This document shows positions 25,901 through 36,389 of a stretch of DNA of 64,000 bases, in pieces. Position 1 is the first letter of the stretch, and every line of letters starts with the position of its first letter. The notes beneath the pieces were generated by a model. That model saw nothing but the letters and a program-made list of their open reading frames with translations. It did no database searches and was not told where the DNA came from. The stretch is from assembly GCA_002269645.1 (NCBI GenBank), contig NIVC01000749.1:62001-126000 (forward strand), given 5' to 3'. Made by a program: the position numbers and the translations under genes. This stretch comes from Macrostomum lignano. Taxonomy: Eukaryota.

Positions 25901-26940
25901 GACCTCTTCTGAAAGTTTCAATGGTCGTTGACGTCCTAATGAAGGGTGATCTAGAACTGTACGCCGAGCCAAGAACTGGAGGTTCTAGGCTCGGCGTACG
26001 GCATCCAAGAGAATGCTCAGACTCTTGCAAGGTCAGAGTGCGGCAGAAGCTGACGCTTCGCTATGGCTCTATAAAGCTTTGAATTGGACCGCTCGAAGTG
26101 ATGATCATGCGACACGCACGCCCCTGTGCACCTTCTGAGAGCCTCAAAACATGTCTTAATCCACAGGGAGATAGCCCAAAATTATTCCACCGTATGAAAC
26201 TGCTGGTTTAAGTCTGGCGGTTAGGTTCCACAAGAGGCGTACCAAAGGTCCTACACAGCTGCGATAGGATTGCAAAGGCTTTTTTTACTTTTGGCTTGAA
26301 CCTTTGACTTCTGGCTTTTTTCGCTCTGCTCTTTGCTCGGGGGCGGAGCACTGCCGTCTCAGGCTCTCTGAAACCAAAAACTGCCGAGATTACGTTCACC
26401 AGCAGAGTTAAATAGCAAAGCCGTCGGCTCACGCTTTGCAGAAAAGAAATCTTCCTCTGTAAATAAAATTGGGGGGGGGGCTAATGTTGTCTCTCATGGT
26501 CTGATGGTTCCGACGCCACAGTAGTGACGTCATAAGCTTATCCGGCCAAGGGATCAAGGTGAGCATCCTGGAGGAGCTCCAGCTGGCTCCACTGCCAACT
26601 TTTCCCCCTAACCCTCGCAGGACTCAACCGGAAGAAGCAGCGCGTCGAGCAGCGAGTGATCCGCCGACGCAATTCCGAGCTGACCGCCAACATGATTCGC
26701 TCGTCGGCTGCCCAGCGGAGGCGTCAATTCACCACTCTGCTGGAGGAGCATCGCCTGATCGTGCAGAGGCTGGAGCAGATGCAGCTCGCTGCTGCTGCAG
26801 CAGCCGCCACCGAGGATGAAGCTGGCGAATCTCAGAGGGCACCAAGTCTGGCTGAGATCGCCGAGAACAACGCCACGGCCGAGAGGCAAAGCGAAGATGT
26901 TGCAGTTGAGAGCAAATGCGACGAGTCCGATGTTAAATAA
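22996..26940 (+). CDS. two-exon orphan protein (~180 aa; Pro-rich N-terminus, coiled-coil C-terminal half)
   Basis: Exon 22996-23215 ends CGC G|gtgagt; exon 26621-26940 begins ctcgcag|GA CTC. Phases match (phase 1), giving ...QQMAGLR-G-LNRKKQRVEQRVIRRRNSELTANMIRSS...SDVK*. Confidence 0.75.
23355..23668 (+). repeat. 70-bp G-rich tandem repeat (~4.5 units) in intron
   Basis: Unit GGGAGGGGTAGCAGGATAGGAAAGTGGGGTTGGGACTGAGGGGCCAATAAACAGTCGATAACAATAAAGT; mirror at about 57350-57605. Confidence 0.92.
24442..24630 (+). mobile_element. tRNA-derived SINE-like relic
   Basis: A-box-like TAGCTGTTGG, B-box-like GGCTCGATTCC and partial cloverleaf pairing; mirror at about 56405-56585. Confidence 0.45.
25440..26400 (-). 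mobile_element. degenerate non-LTR retrotransposon (LINE) ORF2 3' fragment
   Basis: RT thumb-like KVKKAFAILSQL...AQGRACRMII followed by C-terminal zinc-knuckle-like PCPF*CLDNENSQHFVCQCPRY*; stops and frameshifts present. Confidence 0.55.
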
Positions 26941-27457
26941 GGATGTCTGAATGTCGAATGAGCGCTGTTGAATTGCCAGTACGCGTAAATGCATGACATG
27001 AGGTTTTGGGCAAGTGAATCTGGTCAATAATATTACTACTATATACAGTCGGTAAAACTTCTGTAGTTACGGTGTAACATCCAATGCCGGAAAGTGTAAT
27101 TTTTTCGAAACTAAAGTAATGCTTTACGTAAACTAACTTAATTTTTATTAGACATTCCTACCATGGGAAAGCTGTGTAAAAATTTGGTGAAAGTAAAACT
27201 TTGTCTAATACTCGCTTCATTATATAGCAGGGAACGCGATTAATAAAAAGTTATCATTATTTTAAGCTTTATTATCGATATAGTGTTAAAATTATACAGT
27301 ACTGAGTTTCTTAACCATTCTTTTCTTGCATAAACATTACTTACTTAGAAAGTAACCTCATAACCGAGTGTTTTCAATTACACTCGCAGTAAAAGTTGTT
27401 TAATGGACTCGACGAAGTTTGCCTTAAAATGGTCTAAACATGCTGTGTAGGAATTGA

Positions 27458-28870
27458 CTGCAGATTCAAGAACTGAGGGTAGAGTAGAGAGGCTGCAGAT
27501 TCAAGAACTGACGGTAGAGTAGAGAGGCTGCAGGTTCAAGAACTGAGGGATGGAGTAGAGGCTGCAGATTCAAGAACTGAGGGTAGAGTAGAGAAACTGC
27601 AGATTCAAGAACTGAGGGTAGAGTAGAGAAACTGCAGATTCAAGAACTGAGGGATGGAGTAGAGGCTGCAGATTCAAGAACTGAGGGTAGAGTAGAGAAA
27701 CTACAGATTCAAGAACTGAGGGTAGAGTAGAGAGGCTGCAGATTCAAGAACTGAGGGTAGAGTAGAGAGGCTGCAGATTCAAGAACTGAGGGTAGAGTAG
27801 AGAGGCTGCAGATTCAAGAAATGAGGGTAGAGTAGAGAGGCTGCAGATTCAAGAAATGAGGGTAGAGTAGAGAGGCTGCAGATTCAAGAACTGACGGTAG
27901 AGTAGAGAGGCTGCAGGTTCAAGAACTGAGGGATGGAGTAGAGGCTGCAGATTCAAGAACTGAGGGTACAGTAGAGAGGCTGCAGATTCAAGAACTGAGG
28001 GTAGAGTAGAGAGGCTGCAGATTCAAGAACTGAGGGTAGAGTAGAGAGGCTGCAGGTTCAAGAACTGAGGGTAGAGTAGAGAGGCTGCAGATTCAAGAAC
28101 TGAGGGTAGAGTAGAGAAACTGCAGATTCAAAAACTGAGGGTAGAGTAGAGAGGCTGCAGATTCAAGAACTGAGGGTAGAGTAGAGGCTGCAGATTCAAG
28201 AACTGAGGGTAGAGTAGAGAGGCTGCAGATTCAAGAGCTGAGGGTAGAGTAGAGAGGCTGCAGATTCAAGAACTGAGGGTAGAGTAGAGAGGCTGCAGAT
28301 TCAAGAGCTGAGGGTAGAGTAGAGAGGCTGCAGATTCAAGAACTGAGGGTAGAGTAGAGAGGCTGCAGATTCAAAAACTGAGGGTAGAGTAGAGAGGCTG
28401 CAGATTCAAGAACTGAGGGTAGAGTAGAGAGGCTGCAGATTCAAAAACTGAGGGTAGAGTAGAGAGGCTGCAGATTCAAGAACTGAGGGTAGAGTAGAGA
28501 GGCTGCAGATTCAAGAACTGAGGGTAGAGTAGAGGCTGCAGATTCAAGAACTGAGGGTAGAGTAGAGGCTGCAGATTCAAGAACTGAGGGTAGAGTAGAG
28601 AGGCTGCAGATTCAAAAACTGAGGGTAGAGTAGAGAGGCTGCAGATTCAAGAACTGAGGGTAGAGTAGAGAGGCTGCAGATTCAAAAACTGAGGGTAGAG
28701 TAGAGAGGCTGCAGATTCAAGAACTGAGGGTAGAGTAGAGAGGCTGCAGATTCAAGAACTGAGGGTAGAGTAGAGAAACTGCAGATTCAAGAACTGAGAG
28801 CATAGTAGAGAGGCTGCAGATTCAAGAACTGACGGTAGAGTAGAGAGGCTGCAGATTCAAAAACTGAGGG
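27458..28870 (+). repeat. 35-bp satellite (GGCTGCAGATTCAAGAACTGAGGGTAGAGTAGAGA)n, about 40 units
   Basis: Directly visible; 33-bp variants present. Confidence 0.98.
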
Positions 28871-29903
28871 GAAGAGTGGTCAAAGAAACTAGCAAAGTTA
28901 CATGTACCCCTTGAGCACTGGGCAAGAATTTCGACCCCTGTCATAATTACAAAGCGAAGATGCAAAGGCAGAACGCACAGACTTCCTCAGAGCGCACAGA
29001 GCCGTTTAGCTTGTGAAGCCACTGTGGTTGTCGCCTTTGAGCGTAAATATTTTCTTTGTCTCCAGACGGATCTGTAATCATGTAAATCATAAATTATAAT
29101 GCATCAGCTCGACCTATCAATTTTTACACAAGTATTCATGCGGAACTATAATTTCCGATGGGGCAGGAATGGGATAAGAATCGAAGTTAATTAGGCTGTA
29201 AATATTTATGTAGCTACTGACACATGGCCTAGCTGTGCTGAAAAGGCGCAAGAGACCGGCGCCGGCTAAACTTATTAAAAATGATGCCGCATTTTTATTC
29301 AAAACCACTCTATAGCATATCAGAGTGGTATTTTCTCATCTACGCTCTTATAATAAAAGTTAACCCTTTGTCTCGAAAGCTAAGCCAACAGGCCTACTGG
29401 TATGAAAATATTAACAACTTCGGGTAGATCAGAGGTAAATTTCCCGATTGCTCAAATCAAATCTTTCTTCTAGTAGCAAAAATACATGTAGCGAAATCCA
29501 TTGAAGCAGCCGTTTACTTCAAGTACTTTAGTGCATTAAATGTACGATTTCTTTACTTAAACCACTCAATGCGTTCGAGTACTTAAGAAATAACAAACGA
29601 CAACAAAAATTTCGACTGCTCCATTGAGTTTTGTATTTCCCAGAAAAGAGAACACATTTATTGATGCGAGTTTTTGTTAAAAATGACGCATATGTAAATA
29701 GAAACTATATACAAATTGCTTTGTTGGCTTGAGAATAAATAAATGCTAGATAAAAAGCCTTGAAAAAAAGTAAACTGTACTTACACATTTAGCAGTGACG
29801 TCTAGAAAATTAATGCTCACCTTTATATTAGTTAAATGCGAGTCAACGTAGTTCTCCGCATTGGCTGCTTCAAGGATGCTCTTCAGTTTAGGAGACACTT
29901 GCC

Positions 29904-30646
29904 AACTTGAGAGGTCGTGCCTGCAACACAGGGTTTTGTTTATAAAGCCTCTTCATGTTGTATGAAATAGAAGTGAAATCGAAATTTAGTTAGAGTGATG
30001 ATGATGATGATGACACAAGCTCTGCACCTGCCAACAGCACAATTCACCTGAGTTCTGACCACAGACACTGAATAACTAGATGGGCCACTTAGCACATTTG
30101 CGTGTAAACTACTTTCAGTTCAGTAGTAAGTTAAACAGAAGCATTTTAATGTATTTTTAAAGCCAAGGCTCACTTATTGACTCTTACCCCCACTTAAACC
30201 TCCAACCGCGCCTTTCCACACTACCCCCGCCCCACCCCAATTTTTAATGCCTTTCTCGGAATTCCAGCCTAAAGCGACCATGTACATTTCAGTGGACTGG
30301 CCAATGTACATTATTGCTGAACCAATTAGCAATTTGTTTACGCCTGCAAGCTTGGGCTTCTAAATCTAAAATTATCAGTCATTTCAGCTGCCTTATTTTT
30401 ATAAAATAGCTTATGTATTCTTCTTTGCTACTGAAGTGAGAGTAGAAAGCTGTTTTACTAAGTATACACGCTTGAGTGGCTGGCCTATCTAAGCTATTTT
30501 AGTAATCTGTGGCTCTGAATGACCACGAACTTGAGAAGCCGTGCCTGCAACACAGGGTTTTATTTATATAGCCTCTTCATGTTGTATGAAATAGAAGTGA
30601 AATCGAAATTTAGTTTGTGTGATGATGATGATGATGACACAAGCTC
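29904..30646 (+). repeat. pair of ~120-bp direct repeats ending in (GAT)n
   Basis: 29904-30022 and 30528-30646 share AACTTGAG...GTGCCTGCAACACAGGG...GATGATGACACAAGCTC; may be retroelement 3' tails. Mirrored near 46.3-47.0 kb. Confidence 0.8.
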
Positions 30647-31061
30647 GCTAGCTCGCTACTCCATAGCTCCATAGCTCGCTACTAAACTGGGGGCATTTCA
30701 CAAGTTCTCAAAACTTCACAATCTCTGAAAGTACCAGTAGTACTAGAAAGTTTTTTTGTTTTTTTTTATTTTTTGCTTTTTTAACTGCACTTTCTGAGTG
30801 CGAGTTTTTTTCTGCAGTAATTAACGTACCGAAAAACTTGTGCTTCTGAAATTTGGAGCTTGTGAAAGCGACCCATTAAACTAGAACGGTACTTATCGAA
30901 TTCAAAGTTTTAAGAACATCGGAAATGGTTATTAAATCGTTTGATATTCGGAGATATACGAGTATTAGGAATTTAGTGCGAAAAAACTGAAAACTTCCTT
31001 GAATTTGAAAGTGTCCGGTTAAGGTTCTGTGAACCCGCGTGAAAGCGGCACTGGAACTTAC

Positions 31062-34000
31062 CTAAAGTACACATTATTATCGCCGTAGTCTTCTTTGCGC
31101 AGCCAGCCAGACAGAGAAGCAACCCCAATAGCCCGGCCTGGCCAGTGCGTTGCCAGCACGAGAGCTCCGTGTCCGCCCATGGAGTGTCCGAGGAACACCA
31201 GTCGATCTGGGTCGGCCGCTGGCAATTCGACAGTGGCAACTTCAGCCAAAACTTCTACAGCTCGCATTGCGGTCAACGCGCCCGGTCCCTCCCAGTTGTG
31301 CGCCCCGTGACGACTTGGCGCCAACAGCCAAGCGCCGGAAATTCCAAATCTATAACCGGCGCTGGCGTCTCTACCAGCCTCTATAAACTTGTGACTATCG
31401 GCTTGATCCTCAGGCTTAATACTGGTGCCGTGTAGGCTGACTACGATTGGCAATCGAACCGCTTGCGATTTCTGACTGCGACCGGTGCCGCCCTGCCACT
31501 CTATCGGAGCAATCGCGGCAGCTCGCTGCACCGAGCCGTCGTGATCAACGAATGTGAACAGCACGCTCTGGTCTGGCCTGCGACAGCGGAGGGTCACCTG
31601 CGTGGAAATGGAGAAAAGATTGCGATGAATATTTCTGCTTTTTTACTTCCGGTACTTCCCAGCAGTATTCTTACTTGTACTTGGTAGCAGTATTTACTAC
31701 TTTTACAAGCACCAACTACAAAATGTAAAAACCTACAATGGGGTTGTAGCCTAGTACGTGGTTAGAGCGTCGAACTCTTGACCCGCTCGTGGCAACTTTT
31801 ATCCTTGAGCAAGGCACTTAACTCTGCATTGCTTCAGTTCACCCAGCTGTAAAATGGGTGCCAGCATTAGCTGGGGTAACTGAGGGTGCGTGTGGCGATA
31901 TCCAGTTACTGCATGCACTGAATAGCCGTACGCAGCCTTCAGATGCGCCGCGCAATAGCTGCGGCTGAGATTTCGGTTGCACATCCGCCCATTTAGCAAC
32001 TTCCTACCGGTACTTCCCACCAGTAGCAACTTCCTACCGGTACTTCCCACCAGTAGCTACTTCCTACCGGTACTTCCCACCAGTAACTACTTCCTACCGG
32101 TACTTCCCACCAGTAGCTACTTCCTACTGGTACTTCCCACCAGTAGCTACTTCCTATCGGTAATTCCTACTTTTACGCCGTGCCTGTACCTCCCAACCTA
32201 CCTGCATTTCTTGAGCCGGTCCGGAATCTTTACAGCTGAGCCGCAGCTTAAGCCGTAGGCTGTCGCCAGAGGCTTTGCAAGCGGCTCGGCGATCTTTCCC
32301 ACCAGTACCGCCGCCTGTCAGTTGCAAGTCACCCGCTATAAAGCCCAGCTGACCAGGCGCGAGATCTTTAGACGGAATGGGCTTAGTTGGTCCCATCCGG
32401 CAATCAATCTTATCCCCGCTGCAATCAAGGCGACAGCTGAGAGCTCCGCCAGTTCGCAGGCTGACAACTGGCACAAAAATTGGCGCCGATGCTCCCGTTA
32501 AAAACGCGGCGTCTTGTCCTTCTAGTAGCAGCAAATCGGGCAGAAAATCCGGCGGCCAAGCTCGAAACTTTGATCCTGTCGCCGCTGCAGAGACGAAACG
32601 GCACGACACTGCGGCGGCCTGTTTACCGCGAACTCGTGCCGCTAACAGGTGAACACCTCGGCGATTGGTTAGCAATCGCCCGGCAACCGAGGAGACCGCT
32701 CGGCCGCGCATGTAGCTAAAATAGTATTTAAAAAATAATGCTAATCCTGACTCATGCTACTAATAGTAGATAAAAAATGATAATGGAGAGAGAACCTACC
32801 GATCGGCGGATAGATCGACGACGTCATCAACCGTTACAGCAGCCGGTCCGTCGCACACAAGACTCCATTGTAAATCAGTTTTGTGGTCGTCAGCGTCGTT
32901 AATCTCCTTAGTCGTGTACACACCGCCAATGAGCCAGCCCTGGAATTCCAGGGCAGCCGTAGAGCCCAGACTGTTGACCAGTTCACCCCAAGGAACTTCA
33001 GGAGCCAGTCGGATCACTCCATTCGAGTCGATGGTATCAACTGGCGTCCACTCCATCGTAGAGGAATAGAAAAATTCCGTGAAAAGTTTTCGACGATCAA
33101 AATTCTCCGATCGAAGCATCACCGTGGCGACGGCATTTGGCAGGCTGCCAAAAGCTGACAGCACCGGATCGGCGTCCAGCTCCCCCGTTCCGATGGGAAA
33201 CCAGCCGAACCGATGCCAGTCCTCAATCGATGGAGCAGCATCACCTGACTCGACAGTAGATGCAGCCTCTTTGTAGACGAGTTCCGCCAAGTCCCGCTCG
33301 TCCAATTCCAGCAGACAATCGGCCAGGGCCAGACGAAGTTTTCGCAGACGATTCAGCCGCCTGCGACGCACCTTAGTCGACGATGAGGCAGCTTTAGTGG
33401 CAGCGACTGTCGCTTGAGTCACTTCGTTGATTAGGCAGACAATGTGTGGCTAAAACAATGCGTAAAATTTAATAAATATAAGCACGATGGCTGTGGCCTG
33501 GTGGGCATCTCAGGCCTTTAGCGACATCGTCCAACAACCATCGCCAGGCACGAATTCATACACACGCTCACACAGGGTGCACCAACGGTCCTGACTTTCT
33601 AATCGTCAGGTATGTACACTCTGTGACTTGGGGGTGGCTCTCATGGGCCCTCAACGCCAATTTTCCTGCATAAGCCCCAAATGAATGTGGCCACACAGAA
33701 TCGAACCACGAGTCGTGGTGCGAAAGTCAAACGTATTTACCTCTGAGCTGCTCTGCTTCCAATAACGAGCTAATTGACAGACTAATGCATGGAATACAAG
33801 ACTTGCGCTCTATGCTTGAGATTATCACACAATAATTGCGCCCAAAAACATGCGAGTCTGTCATGGTTGGGCCAGTGCCCACAAACGCCCCCTGCAAAGC
33901 AAACTAATTCAAACATTCAATGCGGGATCAATCTGAACTCACCCGGATGTCCCAGTCGGAAAGTCGGGCAGCTGCGAAAGCCAACGGCGAAAGCTCAGCG

Positions 34001-34253
34001 GCACCGGCGCGGTCTTTCCTCTGGCAGGGCGGCCATCCGCGTTGCTGGGCCAAATCAGTCAGCTGGCCGGATGATGGGGTAGAGCTGGATGCTGGGACCA
34101 GCTGGAAATAGAGATAGGTAGATACATGTTACATAGGTAAGAGAACTCACACCCAATTCAATATTTGAACCAACTCACCAATAGAGACAGGCATAGGAGC
34201 ACTGATCTGTCGAAACTTATACGACCGATGTTGCTCTCCATAAAAAAATTCAT
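31062..34253 (-). CDS. secreted alpha/beta-hydrolase (S9/esterase-like), N-terminal five exons; 3' exons not found
   Basis: Exons 34179-34253, 33943-34101, 32800-33449, 32202-32715, 31062-31597 join in frame at GT-AG sites. Signal-peptide-like SVLLCLSLL|LVPASS; motifs WFPIGTGELDADP, TFVDHDGSVQ, VVSLHG, APSRHGAHNWEGPG and nucleophile GHSMGGHG. Confidence 0.88.
31740..31990 (+). mobile_element. CORE-SINE (internally deleted head)
   Basis: CCTTGAGCAAGGCACTTAACTCTGCATTGCTTCAGTTCACCCAGCTGTAAAATGGG matches the MIR/CORE domain; mirror at 44886-45141. Confidence 0.8.
31995..32170 (+). repeat. 30-bp minisatellite (AGCAACTTCCTACCGGTACTTCCCACCAGT)n, about 6 units, intronic
   Basis: Directly visible; mirror at 44712-44886. 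Confidence 0.93.
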
Positions 34254-34323
34254 TTCATTTTGTGTCTCAATTAAATTGAGCAGATTCAAGTAGAAACTGG
34301 ATACAGGAACGGGCTTTCTCAGA

Positions 34324-35095
34324 AACTGAGAATCTGGGAGGCTGGCCCAGCAACTGAGGATCTGGGAGGCTGGCCCAGCAACTGAGGATCTGGGAGGCTG
34401 GCCCAGCAACTGAAGTTCTGGGAGATGGTGGCCCAGCAACTGGGATCTGGGAGGCTGGCCCAGCAACTGAGGATCTGAGAGGCTGGCCCAGCAACTGAAG
34501 TTCTGGGAGATGGTGGCCTAGCAACTGGGATCTGGGAGGCTGGCCTAGCAACTAAGGATCTGGGAGGCTGGCCCAGCAACTGAGGATCTGGGAGGCTGGC
34601 CCAGCAACTGACACTCTGGGAGGCTGGCCCAACAACTGAGGATCTGGGAGGCTGGCCCAACAACTGAGGATCTGGGAGGCTGGCCCAGCAACTGAGGATC
34701 TGGGAGGCTGGCCCAGCAACTGAGGATCTGGGAGGCTGGCCCAACAACTGAGGATCTGGGAGGCCGACCCAGCAACTGAGGATCTGGGAGGCTGGCCCAG
34801 CAACTGAGGATCTGGGAGGCTGGCCCAGCAACTGAGGATCTGGGAGGCTAGCCCAGCAACTGACACTCTGGGAGGCTGGCCCAACAACTGACACTCTGGA
34901 AGGCTGGCCCAGCAACTGAGAATCTGGGAGGTGAGCCCAGCAACTGAGGATCTGAGAGGCTGGCCCAGCAACTGACACTCTGGGAGGCTGGCCCAGCAAC
35001 TGAGAATCTGGGAGGCTGGCCCAGCAACTGAGGATCTGGGAGGCTGGCCCAGCAACTGACACTCTGGGAGGCTGGCCCAGCAACTGAGGATCTGG
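34324..35095 (+). repeat. 28-bp minisatellite (TGGGAGGCTGGCCCAGCAACTGAGGATC)n
   Basis: Directly visible; about 27 units. Confidence 0.97.
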
Positions 35096-35582
35096 GGATT
35101 TGAGAGAGTGAAAATTCAATTTGAGCATAGCATGACAGCCTAAAAATGAGACCTGTGCTGATATACTACTTCTAAGTACGGATGAGACGTACACTTCTGT
35201 TTTTGTAGATGAATAGCTTGTCATATCTATTACAACCAGCGTCTTAAAACGTATTTTATGACTATTAGCAAAATGTAATATCTCTGTAAAATACCTTATC
35301 AGTTTTAAAAAAAATAGCGTGAGCCAGTCCATTGGACTCAAGAAATAATTCAACAGAAATGGTAGCCATTCCTTTGTTTATTACATTTTTATTCAACAAT
35401 TTGCAAGTTAAATCAATACTAAAATTATCATTAGTGACCAAAAAATGAACGTTGTGTGCGTGGGGCAAGTTAATGTTACTAAATTTTTCCAGAGTTTCTA
35501 AGAAATTAACCAACAACTTGTCTTTCTTTATAAAACGATTTGCAAAAAGAGCTTCCTTAAAGAAAAGTAAGCAAACAAGCAA

Positions 35583-36389
35583 ACATCATAAACAGTCACT
35601 CAACATCATCATAAACAGTCACTCTTAACATCATAAAAAACAGTCACTCAGCATCATCAACAGTCACTCAGCATCATCAACAGTCACTCAGCATCATTAA
35701 CAGTCACTCAGCATCATCATCAACAGTCACTCAGAATCATCAACAGTCACTCAGCATCATCATCAACAGGATCACTCAGCATCATCAACAGTCACTCAGC
35801 ATCATCAACAGTCACTCAGCATCATCATCAACAGTCACTCAGCATCATCAACAGTCACTCAGCATCATCATCAACAGTCACTCAGCATCATCAACAGTCA
35901 CTCAGCATCATCATCAACAGTCACTCAGCATCATCATCAACAGTCACTCAGCATCATCATCAACAGTCACTCAGCATCATCAACAGTCACTCAGCATCAT
36001 CATCAACAGTCACTCAACATCATCATAAACAGTCACTCTTAACATCATCATCAACAGTCACTCAGCATCATCAACAGTCACTCAGCATCATCATCAACAG
36101 TCACTCAACATCATCATAAACAGTCACTCAGCATCAACAACAGTCACTCAGCATCATCATCAACAGTCACTCAACATCATCATTAACAGTCACTCTTAAC
36201 ATCATAAAAAACAGTAACTCAGCATCATCAACAGTCACTCAGCATCATCATCAGTCACTCAGCATCATCATAAACAGTCAATCAACATCATCATAAACAG
36301 TCACTCTTAACATCATAAAAACAGTCACTCAGCATCATCAACAGTCACTCAGCATCATCAACAGTCACTCAGCATCATAAACAGTCACT
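35583..36389 (+). repeat. 20/23-bp minisatellite (AACAGTCACTCAGCATCATC[ATC])n
   Basis: Directly visible. Confidence 0.97.

Noticed and set aside
26500-26558. Extra small exon ending at AAG|gtgagc before the last exon of the orphan gene
   Set aside because: Every phase combination introduces a stop; the direct 23215-26621 splice is in frame.
34158-35353. LLGQPP/SVAGPASQ ORFs (also 41730-42751)
   Set aside because: Translations of the 28-bp minisatellite; only the terminal MNFFMESN...LCLSLL segment is used, as exon 1 of the hydrolase.
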